A stretch of 64,000 bases of DNA from Terriglobia bacterium. GTDB lineage: Bacteria; Acidobacteriota; Terriglobia; 20CM-2-55-15. The stretch is taken from the NCBI GenBank assembly GCA_965198225.1, contig CBDAOY010000009.1, positions 512,001 through 576,000 of the forward strand. The letters run 5' to 3'. Shown piece by piece: positions 56,257 through 64,000 of the stretch (within the stretch, counting starts at the first letter, position 1; each line of letters opens with the position of its first letter). The notes under the pieces were generated by a model that was not told the origin of the DNA, did no database searches, and saw only the letters and a program-made list of their open reading frames with translations. Position numbers and translations under genes: made by a program.

Positions 56257-57258
56257 CTAGTCCCTGAACCGTCGTAGGAACTTCACCACGCGAAAGCCCA
56301 CGATGGCGTAGAACGGGAAGTGAGCCATCGTGTAGTGTCCGCACGGCAGTGTAGTCAATTCGTAGTCGAGGCCATGGCGGTCGAATTCCCTGAACGACTT
56401 CCGTGACAGCTCGTAGGGGAAGCTCAGGTCATACCTGCCGGCGAGAACCAGCAGCTTCTGCCCCGTGCCTCCCAGGCGATGAATAAAGGGGTACGGGCTG
56501 ATCGGTGACCAGAATCGGCGAAGGTCATCCAGCGTCGTCGAGCGTTCGAGTGACTCCCGAACGTGGGACGTCGACAGGCCGTCCCATACGACGTCGGCGA
56601 AATGCGACGAGACATGTATGAAGGCCCCGCACTCGAACCGCTTGTCGTGGGCCATCGTTAGAAAGCCGATACAGGACCCGATGCTGGTACCCAGGATGCC
56701 CAGCCGCTCATAACCGCGCCTGGAGAGCCAGTCGGCGGCCCGCCTTACGTCGAGCACCGCCTGCCGTGTGGAGGCGATCGTTTGCCCGACATTGGGCCCG
56801 ATCAGGTATTCCGCGCGCTCCAGGTGTTCGGGGCGGCGGTGGTCGTGGTACGGCAGACTGAGGCGAAGGGCCGTGATCCCGAACCGCTGCAGGACGCGGC
56901 ATAGCCGAATCTGGCTGTGCCACTTCGCGTTCCATTGCGGCAGAACGATGACGGCGAGCTTGCTCGTTGAGGGGAAGAGCCGTCCCCAGACAGTGTTGTT
57001 GACTTCGTGAGGCGTTTGGATCGCGCTGGGGAACTTCAGGGTCGTGCCGTCGAATTCATGGCTGGGCGCCGGCTCGGACGCGTAGAAACGATCGCTGTCT
57101 GCCAGCGCCGCCTCGACGTATCGCTCGAGGGCTTCGGTCGGGCTGACGCCGTTTTCGAGACCGAGGTGCTCGACTCCCCATTCAAACTTGCGGGGATAGC
57201 GGTTCCTGTCCCTGTTGTGCCAGCGCCGTTCACGTCGTTCGATGTGGTTACGCAGCAT
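56257..57258 (-). CDS. Alpha/beta-hydrolase family protein
   Basis: LPYH..RRP, nucleophile elbow GTSIG, candidate catalytic Asp (RYD) and His (CGHY). Confidence 0.8.
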   Translation of the reverse strand: MLRNHIERRERRWHNRDRNRYPRKFEWGVEHLGLENGVSPTEALERYVEAALADSDRFYASEPAPSHEFDGTTLKFPSAIQTPHEVNNTVWGRLFPSTSKLAVIVLPQWNAKWHSQIRLCRVLQRFGITALRLSLPYHDHRRPEHLERAEYLIGPNVGQTIASTRQAVLDVRRAADWLSRRGYERLGILGTSIGSCIGFLTMAHDKRFECGAFIHVSSHFADVVWDGLSTSHVRESLERSTTLDDLRRFWSPISPYPFIHRLGGTGQKLLVLAGRYDLSFPYELSRKSFREFDRHGLDYELTTLPCGHYTMAHFPFYAIVGFRVVKFLRRFRD

Positions 57259-58363
57259 CGACTATGGCCCGTATGGTTTCAGGCGAAACGGCAGGCACCT
57301 TTGCCAGGTAGAGGTTGTCTTCCACATGATCGATGCTGCTCATCCCGACCAGCGCCGACGCAACCCCGGGTGTGGAACGCACGAATTGGATAGCCCGCTG
57401 GGAGTCGCTCTGGAGATTCGGCAGAAACCCATCGATCCCTTCCGGGAGATGGCGGCTCAACTTGGCCTGCATCATCGAGGCGCTGGCCATGACTGCAATA
57501 TCCAGTTCCGCGGCCGCTTCGAGGGTCGAGCGCGCCGTATCGCCGATCTTCTGGTTCCGAAGCCCGAAAGCTTCGCGCATTGCCAGGTTGTAGGGAAGTT
57601 GGACGACTTTGAAGTGATGTCGGTCGCCGGCGACCCCGCGGGCGCATTCGACGACCTCCGACAATGAGAGGAACCCACGCGTCTGCGGCAGAGTGCGGTA
57701 TCCGTTCCAGGTGGCCGTTCCATATGCCGAGATCTTGCCGTCTTCGACAGCGGACTCCAGGAACTCGAAGGCCGACCGCAGGCGGTCGATGAACAAGTCG
57801 TGGGGAATCTCCTCGAGTTGGGTCTCGGGGTTGTGAATGTAGAAGAGATCGATCGTCTCCAATCCCATATTCTCGAGGCTGCGGTCGAGCTGGTTGGCGA
57901 GGTACTTCGGGGCCATCGTGTGCGAGCCGGCCGCGATCTCCTCAGGTTGGAGCATCCCGGAGTCGAGGTAGGTCTTCACAAGATAGTCCCTGGGATCCGC
58001 CGGGTAACTGCCGTCGAAACTCAGGAAGCCGGCCTTGGTCGCGATCACGAGTTCGTCCCGCGCCGCCGTTCCGGCCGATCGTAGATCTTCGAGTGCGGAG
58101 CGAATCGACCGCTCGCTCCGCTGGAAGCGGTAGTTGATGGCAGAGTCGATCACGTTGACACCCAGCTCGACGGCACGCCCGATAGATTGCCGGTAGAGCT
58201 CATCGGTCGTGTCGTCCGCTTCGCCGAGGTATGTGCCTATGCCGATCGACGACATCGTCAGGCCGCCGTATTCCCGAAAGTGTGCCGCCGCCGCCGGGCC
58301 AAACCTGTCAGCATAGCGCCTGGTGCCCGCAGCCGTTGCTTTCGTAGCGTTGTCGTCTGGCAT
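57248..58363 (-). CDS. Aldo/keto reductase family protein
   Basis: IGIGT, G.N.IDSA.NY, SE..I, IATK.G, SL.NMG...IDL.Y.HNP, Q.PYN, LVGM....V..NL. Confidence 0.85.
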   Translation of the reverse strand: MPDDNATKATAAGTRRYADRFGPAAAAHFREYGGLTMSSIGIGTYLGEADDTTDELYRQSIGRAVELGVNVIDSAINYRFQRSERSIRSALEDLRSAGTAARDELVIATKAGFLSFDGSYPADPRDYLVKTYLDSGMLQPEEIAAGSHTMAPKYLANQLDRSLENMGLETIDLFYIHNPETQLEEIPHDLFIDRLRSAFEFLESAVEDGKISAYGTATWNGYRTLPQTRGFLSLSEVVECARGVAGDRHHFKVVQLPYNLAMREAFGLRNQKIGDTARSTLEAAAELDIAVMASASMMQAKLSRHLPEGIDGFLPNLQSDSQRAIQFVRSTPGVASALVGMSSIDHVEDNLYLAKVPAVSPETIRAIVDAA

Positions 58364-58384
58364 GAGCCCAACCGATCGATTCCA

Positions 58385-61246
58385 CTATCCGATGAGAGCA
58401 GGTTCCGCCATCGCGGATATCAGCGCTTCAGCCGGGTGCAGTGCCCTGCGGCCCGTCGCATGCTCAATCTGTTGCCGGCATGAGATGCCGGGCGCGACGA
58501 CGACGGCTTGGGGCTGGGCCTCTACGCGGGGGAAGAGTCGTTGACGCCCGATGTCCATCGAGACGTCGTAGTGTTCCTTCTCGTATCCGAACGAGCCAGC
58601 CATTCCGCAGCATCCGGAATCTACGTCCTCGACATCGTAAGCTGGGGACAGCGCCTCCTTCAACGGTCCGTTTCCGACGAGCGCTTTCTCGTGGCAATGG
58701 CCGTGGATGAGCGCCTTGGGTCGCGGGTGGCTGTAGCTGAGGCTCCATCGCCCGGCCTCGATCTCACGGACGATGAATTCCTCGAGCAGGAAAGACGCCT
58801 GCCCGACTTCCTTCGCCGCAGAACCCCCGACGAGATCGACGTACTCATCGCGGAACGTGAGCACGCAGCTGGGTTCGCATCCCACGATGGAGTATCCCGC
58901 GCGGACCAACGAGTGCAGACGTTCGACGTTCGTGGCTGCGTGAGCGCGTGCTGTTTCAGCCAGCCCCTTGGAGATCATCGGACGTCCGCAGCAGACACGG
59001 TCTGCCAGGCGTACGTGATATCCGGCAGCCTCGAGGAGGAGAGTTGCAGCCCGTCCGATCTCCGGATAGTTGAAATTGAGGAACGTATCGTGGAAGAGGA
59101 TGACGCCGCCGTTGGAACCGTCTTCTTCCGACGCCGACCGGGAGCGTCTCTTGAACCAGGTCTCGAAGGTCTGGTCCGCGAAGGGCGGCAAGCTGCGGCG
59201 CTCGTCGATGCCGAGGTAACGATCCATCAGCCGCCTGAGAACCGGATTCTCCAGAGATCGATTCGCAAGCGCGGGCCACATTGACGCGACGCGGCTCAGT
59301 GCGTGGATCCGCGCGAACAGGATGGACCGCAGCGGGGTCCCGTTCGCCTCGTTGTGACCGGCGAGGAACTCGTACTTGAGTTTTGCCATGTCGACGTTGG
59401 AAGGGCATTCGGCTTTGCAGGCCTTGCATTCCAGGCACAGGTCCAGCGTGTCGTGAAGCATTTCCCCGGTCGATTCGTGAGCCGGCAGCTTGCCCGAAAG
59501 GATCGCCCGCATCAGATCCGCGCGTCCCCGAGTCGAGTGCTGTTCCTCCCGCGTCGCCATGTAGGAGGGACACATCGTGCCTTCTGATGTCTTCCGGCAG
59601 ACACCGGCCCCGTTGCAGAGCTCGACGGCCGTCGCGAGACCGCCGTCCGCCGAAAAGTCGTAGTGCGTGCTCAACCGGATAGTCTCGTAGTGCTGTCCAT
59701 AGCGAAGGTTTTCGTCCATTTCGGGTGCGTCGACGATCTTTCCGGGGTTCATGCGATCCTCGGGGTCGAACGCTCCCTTGACACCCTGGAATGCTCTGTA
59801 GATCGTCGGTCCGAACAGTTTCTCGTTGAGGTGGCTCCGTGCCAGGCCATCTCCGTGCTCCCCGCTCATCGCGCCACCAAACTCCATGACCAGATCGGCG
59901 ATCTCGACGGTCATGTTCTTCATCTTCCGGATCTCGGAAACCTGCTTGGTGTTGATGAGAGGGCGGATGTGCAGGCAACCGACACTGGCGTGTCCGTAGT
60001 AGCCCGCGCTTGTGTCGTACTTCTCGACGACGGACCGGAAGCGGGTGAAGAACGCGGGTAACTGTTCCGGCTCGACGGCGCAATCCTCGACGAAAGCGAT
60101 CGGTTTCCGTTCTCCCTTCATACCCAGCAGGAGCCCCAGTCCGGCCTTCCGGACCTTCCAGATGCCCGCCTGTGCGGCGGGATCGAGCGCCCGCGGGTAC
60201 GCGTAGCCGAAGCCTCCCTTCCGGAGCGCGGCCTCCAGGCGGTCCAGCTTGTCTGTGAGGTCGGCCCGATCCTCCCCGTAGAATTCCACGAGTAGAACCG
60301 CATCCGGATGTCCCTCGATGAAGCCGACTTCGCGCGACAGCTCCAGCGAACCGCGTGCCAGGTCGATGATCATGTCATCGATCAGTTCGATAGCGGCCGG
60401 CTCCAGCTCCAGGATGACCTCCGAAGCCCGGATGGAATCGACGATGTCGTCGAAGTGGGCCACCATCACGGCCGTGGCGGCGGGTCTGGGCTCGATCCGG
60501 ACCTTAGCGCGGTGAACCAGCGCCAGCGTGCCTTCGGAACCGACGATCAGTTTGGCCAGGTTGAACTTGCCGTTCCGGACGAACTCGTCCAGGTTATAGC
60601 CGCTGACGCGCCGCATCAGTCGCGGAAAGCGGGCTTCTATCTCGCCGCGGTTGGAGTCGATGATGTCGGCGATGCGGCCCTCGAGACCAGGCATCCCCCG
60701 AGCCTCGTCAAATCCGATCTCCTTGAAAAGCTTACGTTCCCCGGACGCGAGGATAGCGTCCACTTCCAGAACGTGATCGATCGTCTTGCCGTACAGGATC
60801 GAGTGAGACCCGGCCGAGTTGTTTCCGATCATCCCTCCCAGCGTTGCGCGGTTCGCCGTCGAAGTGTCCGGTCCGAACAGATATCCGAGAGGCCGCAGAT
60901 GTCGGTTGAACCGCTCCTGGACGAGTCCGGGCTCGACCCATGCCCAACCCTCTTCCGTGTTCACCTCCAGAACGCGGTCCAGATGCTTGGAAGTGTCGAT
61001 GACGACGGCGCGGCCGACCGTCTGGCCAGCCAGGCTGGTGCCGCCGCCTCGCGCCAGCAGGGGGACTTCGAACTCTCGGGCGGTCTCGACCGTCGCAAAA
61101 ATGTCCTCGGGAGTACGCGGGATTACGACGCCGATCGGTTCGATTTCATAGATGCTGGCGTCCGTGGCGTACATGAGCCGCGTCGCCCGGTCGAAACGGA
61201 CTTCACCGGCGATTCGTTCCTGTAGCGCGTCGGCCAGATCTCGCAT
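58385..61246 (-). CDS. FAD-binding and Fe-S-binding oxidoreductase (YdiJ/GlcD-GlcF fusion type)
   Basis: YATDASIY, RGGGTSL.GQ, GSEGTLA, GEHGDG, NPGK, CxGxGxC, CLECKACKAECP, CCG motifs. Confidence 0.92.
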   Translation of the reverse strand: MRDLADALQERIAGEVRFDRATRLMYATDASIYEIEPIGVVIPRTPEDIFATVETAREFEVPLLARGGGTSLAGQTVGRAVVIDTSKHLDRVLEVNTEEGWAWVEPGLVQERFNRHLRPLGYLFGPDTSTANRATLGGMIGNNSAGSHSILYGKTIDHVLEVDAILASGERKLFKEIGFDEARGMPGLEGRIADIIDSNRGEIEARFPRLMRRVSGYNLDEFVRNGKFNLAKLIVGSEGTLALVHRAKVRIEPRPAATAVMVAHFDDIVDSIRASEVILELEPAAIELIDDMIIDLARGSLELSREVGFIEGHPDAVLLVEFYGEDRADLTDKLDRLEAALRKGGFGYAYPRALDPAAQAGIWKVRKAGLGLLLGMKGERKPIAFVEDCAVEPEQLPAFFTRFRSVVEKYDTSAGYYGHASVGCLHIRPLINTKQVSEIRKMKNMTVEIADLVMEFGGAMSGEHGDGLARSHLNEKLFGPTIYRAFQGVKGAFDPEDRMNPGKIVDAPEMDENLRYGQHYETIRLSTHYDFSADGGLATAVELCNGAGVCRKTSEGTMCPSYMATREEQHSTRGRADLMRAILSGKLPAHESTGEMLHDTLDLCLECKACKAECPSNVDMAKLKYEFLAGHNEANGTPLRSILFARIHALSRVASMWPALANRSLENPVLRRLMDRYLGIDERRSLPPFADQTFETWFKRRSRSASEEDGSNGGVILFHDTFLNFNYPEIGRAATLLLEAAGYHVRLADRVCCGRPMISKGLAETARAHAATNVERLHSLVRAGYSIVGCEPSCVLTFRDEYVDLVGGSAAKEVGQASFLLEEFIVREIEAGRWSLSYSHPRPKALIHGHCHEKALVGNGPLKEALSPAYDVEDVDSGCCGMAGSFGYEKEHYDVSMDIGRQRLFPRVEAQPQAVVVAPGISCRQQIEHATGRRALHPAEALISAMAEPALIG

Positions 61247-61514
61247 GAACTGAAGAGTTTAGCACGCGAAATGTAGTGGTGGTCAGAGACGGCGGTTTTT
61301 TGGCGTGGCTCGTTGTCGATCAGTGAATTGGAGTCGAACCGTTGCGGTTTCCAGCAGGTCGTGAACCTGATCGGCCGCTATCGGCTTTCGCATCGAACCG
61401 GGAGGGCGGGATGTCGGTGGGGCTATTTTCGCCGATGGTTCTGGTCTGTAAACATTGTTGGAGGAATCAGAAGGGTCCTCAACCGGGTCCGTGAAGAAAG
61501 CAGCATCAGCATAT

Positions 61515-61994
61515 CTATATCTTTACATCTTCTTCTTCATTGAAGTGTTGCCTGAATTCGTAAGAAATAATGGTTGGAATATAAAAAATAACATCGGCAA
61601 CCAGCTTTCCTATCAAGACTCCCAGTCCTCTTCCTATGTATCTGGCTCCCAAACCCATGGTCAAGGGCCTGATTATGCCCAGATCCAAAACCTCACTGGC
61701 GCCAAACTCCAAGAACAAGTTTTTGATGGTCCTCAATCTCCCTTGCGCACCATAGCTTTCTCCTCTTTCAAGAGCTTTTCTCTGATCTTGCTTAAAATCT
61801 CTCGACAAGAGAGTTCCGTAATAACCAATGTTGTCTCCTATCGCGCCTCCGAAAGCTGCTGCTATCTCGCCACCGGTTAATCCAAGCGCAAAAAAATACC
61901 CAATGATCGCGCTAGTAGCTGCAACTAGTTCTGCAGGTCCATATCTCCTGGCCCATTCGGCCTTCTGTTTGAACCTTGATTGTCTATGAGCCAT
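61515..61994 (-). CDS. Hypothetical membrane protein in a locally AT-rich segment
   Basis: 159-aa ORF with hydrophobic helices and AGGA RBS; visibly lower GC than its neighbours. Confidence 0.7.
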   Translation of the reverse strand: MAHRQSRFKQKAEWARRYGPAELVAATSAIIGYFFALGLTGGEIAAAFGGAIGDNIGYYGTLLSRDFKQDQRKALERGESYGAQGRLRTIKNLFLEFGASEVLDLGIIRPLTMGLGARYIGRGLGVLIGKLVADVIFYIPTIISYEFRQHFNEEEDVKI

Positions 61995-62048
61995 CTGATC
62001 TTCCTAACGAGTAAGGATGCATCGATATGAAACCATCCGAATGGTTGC

Positions 62049-63419
62049 TCAATTAAGGACCTTGAAGGTTTGAAGGGACGGATCGGCGGCACCCTTAAGT
62101 ACAGCCCCGCTGGCCTTCATACATTGCAAGTACTCAATAACCTCCAGGGAGACGATTTCTCCAGGAGCAATGATGGGCGCGCCGGGTGGATACGTCGCCA
62201 CGCTCTCACCCGAGATCTTCCCGACGGCGTCTTTAATAGGCACAGGCTGCTTGGTCGAGAACTTCCCTACACGGGGAGCTACTGCGATTTCGGGAAGAGC
62301 CGGCGGTGGCGGTGCGACAACGCGCTGCTTGTGCGGGCTCCCGTCGGCTATACCCCTGAGAGCGCGAAAGAGAGCATGGAGATCCTCCTCAGTGGTACCG
62401 GGAGTGAGAAGGAAAAGAACGTGTTGGAGCGAAGCCATTTCAGGGTAAATCTTTTCTCGGTGAAGGCGGCGCTCAAAATCGAAGCCCGTGAGACCCGTTC
62501 CGGAAACATCCAGGGTAATTCGGGTCGAGTCGAAATCCACAAAGCCCGGCCGCACCTGATCGTGACCAAAGCACGTCACCCCCAGCAAACCTCGGGATGC
62601 TTCCCGGAACGCTGCAGCACTTTCGATGGTTTCGCTCCAGAGCGTTTCTCCTTCTTCGACGAGCTGCCCGACACCGAGTTCGATCGAGGCCAGGATGGGG
62701 TAGGAGAAAGAGGTGCTGACAAGTCCCAGTTCGTTAACCTGCTCATAGAGCGATTCGATAAACTGTTCGTTTCCCACAAGGAGAAGACTCCCTTGAGAAA
62801 GCGCACTCGCGACTTTATGAGTGGACTGCGTAACAAGGTCCGCACCCATGTCCTCGGCTCCGGTGGGCAGGGACTTGCAAAAGTGAAAGTGAGGGGCATG
62901 CGCCGCATCAACTACCACTGGAAGTCCGCGCTCGTGAGCCAGCGAGATGATTTCGGCGAGTTCACCGACGATGCCGAAGTAGTTGGGTGAAGTCAGGAAA
63001 ACGCAGTCGACCGGCTCTCTGCCGAGTACCTCCGTGAAACCAGCCAAAGTCGGTCCCAGAGAAAGGCCGAGATCGGAGTCGTACTCGGGCACAAGGTAGA
63101 CCGGCTCCAGGCCACCCTGAACCATGGCCGCAGTCACTGACGTGTGAGCATCCCGGTTGACGAGGACACGGCCGCCCGCTGGACAAGCGCTGAGCAGCGC
63201 CAGGGTGTTCAGCGTGGTCGTTCCCTGCGTGGAGGGGAAGCTCCAGGCAACATCATACGCGTCAGCCAGTTGACGTTTGAGCCGCTGTAGAGGCTTATCG
63301 CCGTGCCACGTAAAGAGGCTGCCCAGCTGGGCAACCGAGATACTGTGGTCGAGCTCACACGCTCCCGCAAGGCGCTCCCAGCCTTGACGGAAGATCTTTT
63401 CCTGCGATGCGGTCAACAT
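62049..63419 (-). CDS. PLP-dependent Orn/Lys/Arg decarboxylase family protein
   Basis: GTT..N, R.AH.S, SPNYFG, VD.AH, QSTHK (PLP Lys), C-terminal YPPG.P...PGE. Confidence 0.85.
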   Translation of the reverse strand: MLTASQEKIFRQGWERLAGACELDHSISVAQLGSLFTWHGDKPLQRLKRQLADAYDVAWSFPSTQGTTTLNTLALLSACPAGGRVLVNRDAHTSVTAAMVQGGLEPVYLVPEYDSDLGLSLGPTLAGFTEVLGREPVDCVFLTSPNYFGIVGELAEIISLAHERGLPVVVDAAHAPHFHFCKSLPTGAEDMGADLVTQSTHKVASALSQGSLLLVGNEQFIESLYEQVNELGLVSTSFSYPILASIELGVGQLVEEGETLWSETIESAAAFREASRGLLGVTCFGHDQVRPGFVDFDSTRITLDVSGTGLTGFDFERRLHREKIYPEMASLQHVLFLLTPGTTEEDLHALFRALRGIADGSPHKQRVVAPPPPALPEIAVAPRVGKFSTKQPVPIKDAVGKISGESVATYPPGAPIIAPGEIVSLEVIEYLQCMKASGAVLKGAADPSLQTFKVLN

Positions 63420-64000
63420 TTACCTTAATCGAAAGCTCCGCCCGCCGCGGTGTCCCGGGGTCGCGAATGTCGACATACAAGACGCAATCAGCGTTATGGA
63501 AGAGCGCTGTCTCTGGTGTCGTGCCGCCTGTCCTCAGATCAGACATTTGTGGCCCCCTTCGTTCGAGTTTGATACTTAACCTATGTATCGGTCGACACTT
63601 CCTGAACTTTAGACTCGATTGTCCAAGTTTCTGGACTTTCGGGACCCAACCTCTCCCGTCTTACGATGGCAGTCCATGCTTAAGGTCCCGGTTTCGTTCG
63701 ACTTAAAAGACTCCATACGTCCAGATGTTGACCCGAGTGAGGCTGAAAGCGTCAAGGCCCTGACTCCATTCCGGATGCGGCCACCGAACCCGCGGCTCCT
63801 CCAAACCCCGTTTGAGTCTGGATCGGCATCTTGAACAGAGCGCCGCCCACATGGACCCAGCCGCCGCGTATCCATTTGAAAATAAGACCAATTCAGAAGA
63901 TCTCATTCCCGCCTCGGCCCCCGGGAGATCCGCATTCTCCTGAGCCGATCCGTTCAAGGTGACTGAGGCGGTTGCCGTAACGGGGACCTCTGCGCCGATG

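Noticed and set aside
63600-64000. Possible minus-strand CDS entering from the right edge (frame ending at 63703)
   Set aside because: Open to the edge but with no recognisable motif; cannot be supported from this window.
1-64000. tRNA, rRNA, transposase, integrase or cas genes
   Set aside because: None recognised by eye; tRNAscan and HMM searches were not run.

Overview
Bases ~1-55.1 kb hold a nearly complete, contiguous flagellar gene cluster. It contains two sigma54 activators and an FlgS-like kinase, flgBC-fliEFGHIJK, flgDE, fliL-N-OPQR-flhB, flhA-flhF-fliA-fliM-fliN, flgFGAHIJ, flgMNKL-fliW-csrA, three 275-aa flagellins, fliD-fliS-fliT, a flagellin glycosylation/nonulosonate locus and flbD-motAB. 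It is followed by a 3x380-bp tandem array of an unannotated 44-aa CxxC/CxxC microprotein and a few metabolic genes. An ADOP-type permease suggests Acidobacteriota (inference). Six sigma54-like and nine sigma28-like promoters can be read from the sequence, which outlines the regulatory hierarchy. The most notable points are: (1) FliM lacks its CheY-binding N-terminus and no che genes or flhG are in the window, while a GAF hybrid kinase and a stand-alone receiver (both with sigma28-like promoters) and a DHp-only microprotein are embedded in the cluster; (2) fliD is frameshifted next to an in-phase slippery heptamer; (3) an orphan antisense sigma28-like promoter; (4) apparently leaderless sigma54 transcripts; (5) CsrA-type hairpins on all flagellin leaders. 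Product calls come from motif recognition and gene order, not database searches. Some perfect duplications could be assembly artefacts.
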